This document shows, in pieces, positions 29,232-51,682 of a stretch of 64,000 nucleotides of DNA. Position 1 is the stretch's first letter. Each line of letters opens with the position of its first letter. The position numbers were made by a program, and so were the translations under genes. The DNA comes from Amoebidium appalachense (taxonomy: Eukaryota > Protista > Ichthyosporea). Below the pieces are notes generated by a model, which saw only the letters and a list, made by a program, of their open reading frames with translations, had not been told where the DNA came from and made no database searches. The stretch spans positions 955,817 through 1,019,816 of the forward strand of contig CAVNZM010000013.1 in NCBI GenBank assembly GCA_963693365.1, written 5' to 3'.

Positions 29232-31152
29232 AAAAAACAAATAAAAAAAAATAAAAAAAATATAAAAAAAACTACCACCACCAGCACTACCACACACACA
29301 TCCCACACCACCACCACCTCCACATACACAACACACATAAGCCCATCACCATCATCATCAACATTGTGTTTTTCTCTCACAGCCCTTTATCACTCACCCT
29401 ATTCTCTGCGTGCGGCATATCCCCAATGCTACAATCAAGTTCAAGCCTCGGATTCCTCCTTCACATTCTCAAGCTAGCTACGGCCTGCTCCCCTCCCCCC
29501 CACCCCTCCCCCCCCTCCTCCCCTCCCGGCCCTCCCACCCGTCCTACCCTCCTTTTCTTTCCCTTCCTCATTTCCTGTTTGCATTTGCACGTGCGACACA
29601 TGCACATAAAACGAGAGAAAAAAGGGATCTGCCACAGCCACATGTGTTACTCCTTGATCAGAACCATCGCCCTCCCTCTCAATAAACCTCCAACACAGAC
29701 AACGAACATTTCTTTCCTTTCAACTACGCTTTTACAAACCCCTCCTCCTCCGCCACACCCAACCTAAACCAGAGACATTACTCCCCCCCCCCCCCCCCCC
29801 CTCCCCCCCGGCCCCCCCCACCCCCCACACCCACCCACCCCTTCCCCCCCCCCCCCCCCCCCCCCCCAGGCCTTGTGTATGCACTTGCAGCATCCGTTGT
29901 GTTTGCCGGAGGAGCGTTCGTTGTTCTGCCCCGCAGGCTAGCCAAGTGCAACATGTACATGTTCCTGTCCGCCGCCCTCTACGTCAACATCGGATCAACA
30001 CTGTCTATCTTCTACCTGGGCACCGAAGGTTCTCCCCCTCCTCCCCCCCCCCCCCCCTCCCCCCTCCCAAAAAAAAAAAAAGAACCCGTCGCCCGCCCGC
30101 CCAACCACACATGCTCGCGCGCTTCACACTTTAATCTGTTTGGCCTCAATCCGTCCCCTCTCCTTCCTCCCTCTTCCCTCCCCCCCCTCCCCCCCCCCCC
30201 CCCCCCTTCCCCCTTGTGGATCTTTCATCAATTGAGGTCCACAATACCGGTGTATGCTCCTTCACCCTCCCCCCCCCCCCCCCCCCCCCTTCAAATGCTT
30301 CCTCCATTCTTCCCTGCTGCATATCCGAATCATTATTACGTAAGGCACAGTACAGGCTTGATAGGGTCGGTTTACCAATTTTCCTTCCTCTAGCTGCTCA
30401 AAACCACTCCCTTGCAACCCCCCACCCCCTCCCCCCTCCCCCCGCCATTCTCACTTTCACGACAAGGCTCTGTTCTCGGCCCCTCTCACGGCATCTAAAC
30501 CACTCTCTATCTCCACTTATTGGCCTTTTGAACTCTCCCCCCCTCCCCCCCTCCTCTCTCCTCCCCCTTCCCCCCAACCCGTAAAGGTGCCTAGTCATGA
30601 TAAAAAAGACAAAAAAAAAAACAAAGAAATGCACTAACCTTTCTTCGCTGAGGGAACTGGATAAGAAAAGCGTGTGGGTGTGGGTGTGGGGTATTGCACA
30701 CATGCCCCGCACAAGAACAGCATACGTTGTCAATCAAGCATAAGTATGGCACTTTTAAACGTGCCCACTAATCGCCATACAATCAAATTGATCCTTCTTC
30801 CCACCGTTTTCACTTGAAAATTACACAAGTTACCCTAAAAGGCATCTGCAATGTTGCGACTAGCCACTCACCTTCAAACCTCCCAACCCCTCCCAACACC
30901 CCCCCCCCCCCCCCCCCGCCCCTCCCTCTCCCCCCCCCCCCCCCTTCCCCCCTCCCCACCCTCCTTCTTCCCCCCCCCCCCCCCCCCCTCCACCCCCCCT
31001 CCACCCCCCGGCTCTTCCCGCGCAGAGTGTGTGCCCAATGGGCCGCACTTCGACCTGACCTTCTACCAATCAATTAGCAGTCTCGTCAGCAGCTTCACCG
31101 GCCTCATCGGTGTCATGATTTTCCAGGTTTGTGCCTACCTACCCCCCCCCCC

Positions 31153-31183
<31 letters not shown>

Positions 31184-31826
31184 ACACGCACGGGCGCGCG
31201 CACACACACGCACACACACCTCCAGGTTATATTCAACCATCCCCTCCTCCCCCTCCCCCTCCTCCCCCTCAGGGCCGTCCCGACGTGTGCTCCATTCACC
31301 TATTCCCCTCCCTCCCTCTCTCCCCCCCACTTTCCCACCCTCTCTCTCGCTCCCTCCTCCCAACCCCCCTTCCTTGCAACAGAGACACATGCACAGACAC
31401 TACTCGTGCCGCCTTCCTTCCCCCCCCCCCCCCCCCCCCCTCCTTTGCTCCCCCTCCCCCCCCGCCCCCCATTCCCTCCTCCGCCCCCCCCCTTTCTTAT
31501 GTATTCTGCGGTGCATTCACAAGCACCACCCTCTCCCCTAATCTTACATAAAGGTGTGTTGATGTTGTCAGTGTGTCCATGCATGGTCAACCCCCCCCTC
31601 CCCCCCCTCCCCCTTCCCTTCTACTCCAATGACCATAGGGCTTGCCTCAGCACATAGAGAGAATGAATCATTCAAATCATGGTGCCACCATAGCCTCTTG
31701 CCTCCTTCGATCTTCCCCCCTCCTCCCCCCCCCCCCCCCCCCTCCCTCCCTCTTCCCTCCCCCCCCCCCCTCCAGCAAACACCCCCGTCCCAACCAATGC
31801 TGACCTCTTTGCCTACCCATTCCTCC

Positions 31827-31871
<45 letters not shown>

Positions 31872-33331
31872 ACACATACACCCACCACCACCACCACCAT
31901 CCCCCTACCCTCCCCACCCCTATCCCCTCGCTCTCTCACTCCCAGCCGCTCACCACAAACATACACACACACACAACACACACCCCTCCCCCCCCTTCCA
32001 CCCTCCCCTCCCCCCCCTCCCCCCCCCCCCCCCCCCCCCTCCCCCCCATCCCCCCCCTCCCCCTCCCCATCCCCCCCCCTCCCCCTCCCCCCCCCCCCCC
32101 CCCCCCCTCCCCACCCTCACCTCCACCCCATCCCCGCACACACACATCCACCAATACAGGCGGTAATGAGCGACTGGGAGTTCCGCCCCTGCTTCTGGGT
32201 AACCCTCCTCCTCCAAGTTCTAGCCGGGCTGATCGACATAGTAATGGTGATGCGCTGGAACCTGGTAGTGGGGATACCTGACAAGGTGACATTCATGCTT
32301 GGCTTCAACATTGTTGCACCCATCATCCAGATGATGAACTTCATGCCTGGTGCGTGTCAATACAACTTCTCCCCCTTCCCCTCCCTCACCCTTCCCCCCA
32401 ATCCTCCCTCCCCCTCCCCCCCCCTACCAAACAAAAAAAAAACTTTGAAAAAAAAGAATAACAATAATAAAAATAATTAAAAAAAAAAAAGAATAAAAAA
32501 AAATATAAAAAAACTCACCGGCCTCTGGCCCTTCTCCCACCGAACCCTTCCAGCACATGACTATAAACCCCCCCCCCCACCCCTCCCCCAACCCCACCCA
32601 CCCACCCACTCGGTACTTCCTCTGCCCGAGTCCTTTCGGCACATCCCCCCTGGTCTGTTCTGTTCTCCGCCTACTTGTTCGTGCCTACCAATCCCCTCCC
32701 CTCCCCCCTCCCCCCCTCCCCCCCCCCGGGGGGCGATCTTTTCCCGTGCTCCTCATATGTACCCTTCTATCTTCTCTGTAGCAATCATGGGCTGACCAAA
32801 GACCCTACAACTCAGGTGTCGTGCTCACCTCCAAGCTCTGCCCACCCGGTATGGAGTCGACCATTTATGCACTTCTCGCAGGGATGGGTAACTTCGGACA
32901 GGTCAGTAATCCCCCCCTCCCCCTCTCCCCTCCCTCCCCCTCCCCCCCCCCCCCCTCCTCCCCCCTCCCCCTCCTTCCCCCCCCCCCCCCCCCCCACCCA
33001 GCCCCCCCTCCCCCCCCCCCTCCCCCCCCCCCAAAAAAAAAAAAAAAAAAAAAAAAACCCCCCGACCCCTTACCACCACCACCGCCACCACCACCACTAC
33101 CCTCCCCCCCCCCCCCTCCTCCCATCGTTTCTCCCTCTTAAAGGTACCCTAACATGCCTACTATTAAGTTTACCTCGCATGCCTTCTATCCATCCATAGG
33201 TTTTCTCATCATATGTCTTCCTCCCGTCAGCCTCAATGGTCCTTGTAAACACTCTTAACACTGTTTCGTCCCCCCCCCCCCCCCCCCCAAAGCACATAAG
33301 CGTGCTTTAAAGTCGTTTGCAACAGCCACAG

Positions 33332-33367
<36 letters not shown>

Positions 33368-33479
33368 AAAATAATAATAATAAAAAAATAATAATAATAA
33401 TAAAAATAATAACCAGCTCCCTTTTGAGAACCCTCTCCCTCTCTTTTTCTTCCACTTCTTCCAAACCATTTCTACTCCT

Positions 33480-33521
<42 letters not shown>

Positions 33522-33664
33522 ACCCCCACCCACCACCTCCCCCCCCCCCCCCCCCCCCATCACCACCACCACCACAGCCACCACGACCCACAACCAACCC
33601 CTCCCTTTCTCCCTCTCTCCCCATCCTCTCTCTCTATCTCCACCCCCCCCCCCCTCCCCTCCCC

Positions 33665-33722
<58 letters not shown>

Positions 33723-34051
33723 CTCGTAATTACCCCCCCCTCACCCTCTCGCCCAATCAGCAAGTGTCCAGCTATGTGGGGGTGTTCCTCATCCAGGCGT
33801 TTGGGGTCAAGATGTCCAACAATGGGCCCTGCACATACAACAACCTGCCCATCCTCATCGTGGTGTGCCACGTTGCTTTGCCCCTGCTGTGTGTCGGACT
33901 CGTGTTCGTGCTCATACCGAAGGTAGGGCGACACTGTGTTTTAACCCTAGTTACACGGCTTGATTCTGTTAGGTTTAAGTTTCGGCTCTTCTCGTGGATT
34001 CTCTTTGTTTGTTTCCCCCCCCCCCCCCCCCCCCCCCCCTTTTTTTTTTCT

Positions 34052-34093
<42 letters not shown>

Positions 34094-34465
34094 ATCGTGG
34101 TGTGCCATGTGGCTCTGCCCCTGCTGTGTATCGGACTAGTCTTTGTGCTCATACGTGAGGGAGACTTTGAACTATAATGCTGTTAACGTTTTGTTCCGTG
34201 GGTATTTTGTGGTTTGTTTTTTTTTTGGTTTTTTTTTATAGATATAGATACGGCTTTGTGGTTCTTTTCCCCCGATGATGAGCTTACATAGTTCTGCAAT
34301 CAAAACCTTTGGTAAATATGAATCTCATTGATTGAATGCCCGGTACTATAAAACGGACGGCCTCGTTTTCTTCCCCGATCTACTGTGTGGTACTTATTTG
34401 TGTCTTTCCTGATCACTCCTTTTGTATTCCACACCTCGGAACATTGTGGGTATGTGTGTGTTTAG

Positions 34466-34500
<35 letters not shown>

Positions 34501-35045
34501 CTGTGTGCGCGCGTGTGCGCGTGTGTATGTGGCACGCGCTCGCGCCCTTGTGTACCAAGCATGGTTGGTGGTTAATCGTGGTGGTAGGCAGGGGGGGACG
34601 TGGGTGGTCGGGGAGAAGTTTTAAACGACAGAAACGCCAGGGAGATTCCAAACATGGTGGTGTGGTGGTTGTGGTTGTGGTTGTGTAGACATGTGTGTGT
34701 GTGTGTGTGTGTGTGTTGGGGGGGGGGGGAGGGGGAGGGGGGAGGGGAGGGAGGTATAGACATGCAAATGCCTGTAGCTTAGATTTTGCTGACCCCACCA
34801 CCCCCCACTCCCCTACCCCCACTCCCCCTCCAACCACAATACATCCCCTACCCACCCACTCCCACCCACACCATGTCAATGACCAGGCCCGGCTGAGTGA
34901 CTCGCTCCTTCCGGAGGGCAACGATTGGGCGGTGGTGAAAACAACCGTCATCACCCCTACGGAGGAGGAGCCCGTATGCACCAAGCACAGATATGCGGGG
35001 GTGGGGGAGAAGAACAAGCACGCTACTTGTCATGTGCACGTGTGA
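24022..35045 (+). CDS. BT1-family folate/biopterin transporter (MFS), 11 exons
   Basis: Exons 24022(or 24052)-24377, 25532-25721 (GC donor), 26711-26858, 27713-27994, 28675-28872, 29870-30028, 31026-31126, 32160-32349, 32816-32901, 33761-33922, 34887-35045, all phase-consistent. Family motifs MPWCIKALIGMLSDLLPIRGIHKGPY, VADILTEGKYAE, RWNLVVGIPD, KLCPPGMESTIYALLAG. Confidence 0.93.
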
Positions 35046-35469
35046 GATGCATTGTGAGATATACGCCATGAATATTCAAGTTGATCCTCATTTTTGGATA
35101 ACGGAAACTGATGCGCGGAATGGCGTAGTTGTAGGTAGTACTGTACGGATTGAATTTCCATGTTGGTATCTCTCTCGCAAAATCTCTTGCAGTATGTGTA
35201 TTGACAATGAATTTCTCGATTATAGTCGACAAAGCACGTAGATTAACACTAGCTGTTTTCAATTCAAATATCATAATACCCACACACTCATGCATTCGTT
35301 ATATAGAAGAGTTAGATTGGGAATGCAATAAGTGCACACAGTCAATTAAGCAGTTAATATTACTAAAGCCTGGCCCGTTGTGTAATAAATAACTGTTGTG
35401 GAATTCACGCAGTAGCGGTATGCGGAGGCGGAAATACATCATACAGTAAATGCATTGGTACACCAAATA

Positions 35470-35745
35470 CCAGTATATCTCAAATGTACCGATGCACATG
35501 CACAGATATCTTCAAAAATTCGTGCCCTTGCTCCCTCATACATTGCATGTGTATCAATATACCCGGGATATCTCAATCGAACCGATGTACATGCATCTTG
35601 CTTTTTGAAAATTTTGAAAAATTAGTGCATTTGTTCCCCAATACATTAATATATCACGTATCAAGTATATCTCAATCGTACCGATGAGCAGAGATGCACA
35701 GACATGCACAGATAGAAAATTCGTGCCCTTGTTCCCTTATACCTA
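35470..35745. repeat. Degenerate ~95-bp tandem repeat x3 between convergent BT1 and BTB-WD40 genes
   Basis: ATATCTCAA..TACCGATG.ACATGCAC..AAAATTCGTGCCCTTG recurs. Confidence 0.75.
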
Positions 35746-35865
35746 TGCCTAACCTCTCGTTTCTGTTACGACACAATTGCACGCACACATATTTATCACC
35801 TAGCCGCTGGTGCAAATTGCGCCAGCTTGCAACGTCTATTTGGAACATGTGCACGCACGTGCACT

Positions 35866-44658
<8,793 letters not shown>

Positions 44659-45774
44659 GATTGAATGTTTCTGTGTGCAGGTGTTAGATAAAATGACCAA
44701 AGTTGTTTGATATGTTTTCAATGTGGAGGCTAATGCGGCTCTGTGAAGTCACCAGAAGGTAAAGATTTTGAAATGAATATTTGTTTCGAGGATTTTCCTT
44801 GTAGAGAAGTTTAGATACAGGTATATCAGGGGGTACATGGGCTTGCTTGTCGACGTGTACACTATGTGTGCTGAAAAGGTGGTGGTGGTGTGTGTGTATG
44901 TGTGTGCGTGTGGGGGGGGGGGGGGGGGGGGGGAGGGGGGGGGGGGAGATGGGGGGGGGGGGGGGGGGGGAGGGAGAGAGAGAGATTGGGGGGTGGGGGT
45001 GATAGGATCTCTCACTCTGCTGTGCCTTGCGAAGCACGAAGTGTGATTCAATAGGGCCCAGATTTGACTCTTGGATGTGTGTGGCTGGTTCTTAGTGTGA
45101 GTGTATTTGTTAGGAGGGGGGGGGGGGAGGGCGGGGGGGTTTCGGGTTATGATAGATCTTGAACTTCTCTGCGCCAAATTCGCACATTTGCCCTCCGGTC
45201 TTGGGGCTTGCACGCAGGCGGCAACGTGTTTAATGTGTATGCGCATTGATATGTATGTCAAGTATACGTAGATATTTGCACATATGTATATACAGAGATC
45301 TTGGCTATCAGAGGGAGGGAGACAGAGAGAATGTGCCGACGAAATTACCTATGGGAAGTTCACAGCGGCTTCCTCTCTGCAACGTCAACTCTGCCCAGCA
45401 CACCCCACCTTCCTACCAGGTGTTAAACAGTGCGCTATCTCAAACCTATTCTGTTTGCCGTGCTATAGTATATATGAATGTGGTAGCTTACATGTTCATG
45501 TTTGGCTTATTCCGAAGTTGTTCGGCCGGATCCGCCTGTTTTCTCAAGCTTAAGTTTTCGCGAAGTGAGTCGGTGCGTTCTATTTTTAGACACGTGTGCA
45601 CTGAAAGAATCAGTCTCGAAAAATGTGACGTCAGAAGGGGTCATGTAGAAAGGGGCCCGGGTACCATGGGCAATTTTTGAATTCTCCCTCCCCGGCCCCG
45701 CCGGGGAAAATTTGAGGTTTTTGGACCTCAAAGAAGTCAAATCCTGCAAAATCCACTACCGGGAGGCCAAGAAA

Positions 45775-45956
45775 GGGGGTTTATGCACTTTGTATTGCTG
45801 CGGACATCGTCAGGGGCCCAAGCCTCACTTGACGGCCTACTGCGTTTTCCAGCGCAGCCAATCAAATGCAGCTAGTGACTTATGTGTACATATGTACAGT
45901 CACTACAGACTACAGTGTACTGTATGCAATAAACTTTGGCAACCCTAGTATAGATT
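45775..45956 (+). repeat. Dispersed ~150-bp repeat, copy 2 (with ~20-bp insertion)
   Basis: Near-identical to 22921-23073, same orientation. Confidence 0.95.
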
Positions 45957-46907
45957 CATGTAGAAAGATTTACCACTACTGCCCACTCAAAAATTCGAGA
46001 TCTATCTACCTGATTTCTGGTCTAACAATACCGTAGAGTTCAGTTTTTCTTTTTGTGAAAGAAAAAAATTCCATCAATTACAGCCTGATATAAAAGCGGA
46101 ATATATAATAACACGAAACACTGCTGCCAAAGAGGCATGTACAGGTAGGGATGAGTGAGTAGGAAAACCGTATGTGAGTAGATGATAATTTATCGGTTGA
46201 GATAACTCCTGAAGCTTTATCGTAAATTACGGCACAGGAATGTAAATGATCTTTGGAATGTTTAGGCAGTGGGCCAATCGGTGCCTTTTCGTTTATTCCG
46301 AAGAATGCTACAAGCATACAGTTATGTGGTTTCAGAACAACACCGTGAAATAAGAGTGCTCTTTTGAAACGTAGTAAATCACCTAGCAGTATGCAATCTT
46401 TTGTTTTGAACTATAAAGGCTCCAAGTTTACTTTCGAAAAGACCTGATTTTAGAAATAAGAGTAATATAGGCGTAACTGTTAGCCTACACCCTGCAACCT
46501 CAATTAGTATATATTCCTTGGAATAATTTCTTGATTTTGCGGAATGTCGAATTATAATGCGACAAGAACCCAATACACAGTTGAGTCGTAATTTAAAATG
46601 ATGAGACCCCTTTGAGTGATTTATGATCGAAATAATCCCCCTTTTTCGTACTTTTGTATTATTTGAAGCAAGCATCACACTGCATTCAAAGTGAATGGAT
46701 TCCTGTTCAGCAACTTCACAAGGCGGCGTGCAGCGTCCCCGCTTTCAGTCACACAAGCGCACGAAAGAGAAACTCTCTCTCTGTTGGTCGGGACTGTGTA
46801 GCGTTAGACTTTTCACATTCCCTCAAACACAACACAGCCCTCAGCCTTTTGTATACCCAACTGTCCCCTCTTCTCTCCAGTGATTCAAAACACACACAAA
46901 CGCCAAC

Positions 46908-47039
46908 ATGAAGCCGGCCGTTACCATCCTTGCCGTCATTGGCTGCTCTGTGGCTGTGCAGGGTGCATCGACCTTCAGCCGCCGCCAGCTCGCCGACGAA
47001 AGTGTGTGAGCAAGCATGCCTGCTTCTGTCTGTTTGCAT

Positions 47040-47117
<78 letters not shown>

Positions 47118-48141
47118 CTTGCGTGAATGTGAAATCGTGTGTGAAAGGGTGGGTGTGCAAGCCTGCATGAGTTTTAGTGAGCATGCGTGTGTGGCGGTGT
47201 GTGCGTGTGTTTAAGTGAGCATGCGTGTGTGGCGGTGTGTGCGTGTGTGTGCGAGCGTGAGTTGGTATTAGTTTGTGCGGGCGTGTAGATGTCGGTGAGA
47301 GAGCGCCTGGGTGTGAAGAAGGAAGGGCTTTTGCAGGGGGTGTGCAAACCGTATGTACATTTGTCGTTCATAAACAAAACCAGTTCCTTAGCTCTCGTGT
47401 GGCCTGTGGCGTGCCTGGCCTGTGCTTACGCATCTGCTTGCATAGCATGGCGAAAGTTTGCAAGCACACAATGCAGCATGCAACACACTTGTCAATGCTT
47501 CGCTTTTTTGAATGTTGTTTGTGCCAGCGTACACGCTCGTGCACAATGCCGCACTTGCCGCGCCGAACTTTGTTGGTTTCCAGTGATGGCATTCTTGGGC
47601 ATCTATTTGATGAAAGCTCGGGGAACGTCCAAGATATAGGAGATTAAAAAAATAGGTCCGAATTTCATGATATGTAGCTTGCAGTTTACTGGGTGTCATC
47701 GTGAGTGAGCGTGGGTGTATTTAAAACGCAAGAATCCGCCAAGGCTTTGTAGAACGGTTACAAGGCAAAACTAATCGAATGTGATAATACATAGCTTTTT
47801 GAGTCATGTTTAGTCTAATTTGAAGCTGCTGTGACAACACACTTTAGTTGACTGAACAGAAGTCGTGAAAGTAGATGAGAGTAAAATACCAATCATATAT
47901 ACAATGCCCAGGCATATCTTTTTTGTATGGCTTTCACCCAGCTAACTGAAACGTTCACTGTTGTGACCCCACTTATGTAACAAACCAACGACAAACACAA
48001 ACACAAACAATTATCCACCACCTCCTCTATCTCTCTCTTTCCTTCCTTCCTTCCTTCTCCTTTTTTTCTTTTCGTCCCCCCCTCCCCCATCCTCCTCCAT
48101 CCCCCCCCTTCCCCCGTCCCCCAACACACACACACACATAC

Positions 48142-48193
<52 letters not shown>

Positions 48194-48487
48194 CAGCCCC
48201 CGTGGACAAGTGCAAGGCACTGACGGACTGCAAGCAGTGCACTGAGGCAGGGTGTGCCTGGGGCACTGAGGTGACTGTGTCCTGTGATGCTGGCCAGTGT
48301 GCCGAAAAGTCTTCCAACGGCAGCTGCTCTTCTTACGACCAGTGCCCTGGCCTGAACGTAAATTTACCTTCCCCCCCTCCCCCCCCCCCCCCCCCCCCCC
48401 TCCCCCCCTCCCACACACACACACACACAAAAAAAAAAAGAAAAGAGAAAAACAAGGAAAATAGCATATGCACATATGCATATCCGT

Positions 48488-48556
<69 letters not shown>

Positions 48557-49725
48557 TGCATTATGTTGTCGGTCGGGTACTTAATGCTCTGTTATAGAAT
48601 CCTAAAACTCTCCAATACCCCAACACACACATGGACACATTGGCCACTGCCTCAACCCACTTTTGCCCTCCGCCTTCCTCAATCCTGCCTTTCCGCAATG
48701 CAGGCAAAAAACACACACACATAGAGAGAGGGAGGATACATCCAGCCACAAACAACTTACCGCTCTTGTTTTCTGGAATGTGTTCTTCCCCGTGTAAAAA
48801 TGGCAAGTTCTAACCCCACTCCTCCTCTCCCCCAACCTCCCTTTTCCCCCCACCCACCCCCTCCCCCATCTTCTGTCCCCATCACACACACACACACACA
48901 CACCTGCACGCACACACGCACACAGACCAAGCTCTTCTGCTTCAAGTTCGCCATGAACTGCCCCAAGGACGCCGTCACGTCCGCCCCGGACACCGTCGTC
49001 GAAACCTCCCAGGAACCACTCCCCACAGGCCTCAGCGCCGGCAGCGCCCTCCCCCCTCCTCCTGGTAACGTTCAAGTGGGCTCGGAACCCCAGCCCCTCG
49101 AGCTCATCACCAAACCCGCTCTCCTGACCACTACCATTCCAGTCGACCCCCTTCCAGCCCCCCCTACAGTGACAGTCGACGGAGCCGATGTTAAACCCCC
49201 CGAAATTTCGCCCATCCTCCTTAATAGTCCGGGGGCCGTCATCGCTCCTCCCACCGTCGACGTCCCCTCCATCCCTGCCCCTGAACAAATCAAGCCGATT
49301 CTCGTCGAAAGTCCCATCGCTCCCACGATCAATACACCCGCTGGTATCACGTCGCTGCCAGATATTCAGCCCATTGTGGGGGGAACCAATCCCGATTTGC
49401 CCCCTGGTGTCACCGTTGATGCTTCCGAAATTCAGCCCAAGGTTGGGACCGCCCCGAGCGTCGTTTCGGCCCTCCCCGAGCGTCGTTTCGGCTCCGGCCC
49501 TCCCGAGCGTCGTTTCGGCTCCCCCCAAGATCGACTCTGCGCCAAAAACCCCCGCCGTTACGCAAATTGCAAAGATTCTGACCCCCAACGTGCTCAACCC
49601 CTACGTCAAGTTCAACCCCAGTAAGTTTTAAAACCTCCCTCCCCCCCCCCCCCCCCCCCCCCCCCCCCGCCCCCCCCCCCCCCCCCCCCCGCCCCGCCCC
49701 GCCCCACCACCACCACCACCACCAA

Positions 49726-49756
<31 letters not shown>

Positions 49757-49760
49757 CACA

Positions 49761-49801
<41 letters not shown>

Positions 49802-50077
49802 CGGGACCCCATGCATACACACGTGCGCGCTCACACACTCCCACTCAAGCACTGCAACGTTTTCCCTCCCTCTGTCAGCCTGCCCTCCCGTTGTTATCCC
49901 GGTCTTTCACACCTTTCCAACCAGTTCACTACACCCAATCTAAACTCCTACCAACACAGCTGCCTCTTTTGTTTTGTTTTGTTTTGTTTTGTTTTGTTTT
50001 GTTTTCTCTAACCCCTCCCGTAAAAGGTCTACCGTTAACTTCCCCCTCCCTCCCCTCCCCTCCATCCCTCCCCCCCC

Positions 50078-50108
<31 letters not shown>

Positions 50109-50437
50109 ATCTCCATCCCACCTCCAACCTACCTCCATCCCCTTCTCCCACTTACCATTGCCCCCTTCCTATTCGCCCTCCTTCCCCCCCGACCAACGAT
50201 TTTTACCAGATCCACCTCCCTTCCCCACATTTCAAATTTGTATTTTCTAACCCGGCTCATTCCTGAACAGAGTCCATTGCTTCATGCCCCGCCACCAAGC
50301 CCACCCAGGGCGCGACATGCGACCTTGCACCTACCGTTATTTGCAACTACGAAATTGACGCCAAGAAACGCCCCAAGGTCATCGCAAGCTGCAAGGGCGG
50401 CATTTGGATCGTTAACAAGAAGTTCTACACCAAGTAG
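46908..50437 (+). CDS. Secreted protein: signal peptide, PSI-like Cys-rich domain, Pro/Ile/Val-rich stalk, C-terminal Cys-rich domain (needs a 1-nt frameshift correction at ~49474)
   Basis: Exons 46908-47001 ([24 protein letters not shown]), 48191-48357 ([18 protein letters not shown]), 48926-49620 (GTAAGT donor), 50271-50437 ([32 protein letters not shown]). The exon 3/4 phase works only if one C of CCCC at 49474-49477 is removed. Confidence 0.8.
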
Positions 50438-50548
50438 GGTTTCTTTAACATGTTCTTGGAAAAGTATGTGTAGGCTTTCTTTGACAACGTGGGGCGGTAG
50501 GTGATATCTAGCAAGTTGTAGTGTGTGGGTGTGTGGGTGTGGGTGTGT

Positions 50549-50586
<38 letters not shown>

Positions 50587-51402
50587 TGCAAATTACTGTG
50601 AAATATTGATGGCTGCGTGACTCAAAATATTCGCACATGATAGAAGTATCTTTTGTCTTTTGCTCCAGTGTTCATGTGGATTTTTTTTTGTGGGATTACT
50701 AAGATTGGCATTAACAGTTTTGCTGTAGTGTTAGCAACGAAAATAGGGTTGTGTTGTTCACGTTCTCTAGCAATAATTATTGGACTAATATATCAGCGAT
50801 GTGTTTGTCTGCTGTTGCATATATTCATATGTTTGGACATCAGGGCTGTGCCCGAACACCATTACATTTAAAAATATGAAATAAATCGCCCGAACACCAT
50901 TACATTTAAAAATATGAAAAATCTGTAAACTTTGAAAATGGTTTTATCGTATTCTATTTGGCCTCATAGTTAAGCCTGTGCACGCGCATTTGCAAGTAAT
51001 TTAAAAACCAGGAAAGCAAACCTGCTCGAATTTTTCACCATTCAAGGCTTCTATTGTTAATCTTCCATCAGCCGGAATGTTAAGTAATCTTATTGGCGGA
51101 TCAAGACGCCGGTAGTAGAAAAATCATGCTGGATCATCCCTATTCATGCATGGCAAGAGTCGGGGAATACATAGCCACCACACTGCAGAAGGGCTTTAAA
51201 GTAGAGGCTCAAAACACAACAATGCACTGTGGTAGTCACTATACTAGTAGTTGTTTCCGTGTATAGTAGCTCCCGCTTATACCTGCACAGATGAGCAAAT
51301 AAGTGGTCCATAGGCCTACCTACCCCCCCCCCCTCCCCTCCCCCTCCCCTCCCCTCCCTTTAAGTATGTGTGGGTGGGTGGGTGGGTGGTGGTGGTGGTG
51401 GT

Positions 51403-51470
<68 letters not shown>

Positions 51471-51682
51471 TAGAGTAGATAATGACAGCGACCTTCCTAA
51501 AATTTAAGATTATGCCTCGCACCCCCGTTTTGGGGGGGATAGTTATGCCATTGGCGGGCGGTATCTGTACGTCATTTTGACTAGTAGGTGATGTCCTATG
51601 TGTAGGCATAATTCAAATCCCGATATGGACTTCATGCAGTTACCCCTCCCGTGTTCATACACCGTGGATCAGGTCACAAAGT

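Noticed and set aside
50849-50920. 32-bp direct repeat x2, and a similar ~50-bp pair at 24700-24855
   Set aside because: Isolated local duplications with no further structure.
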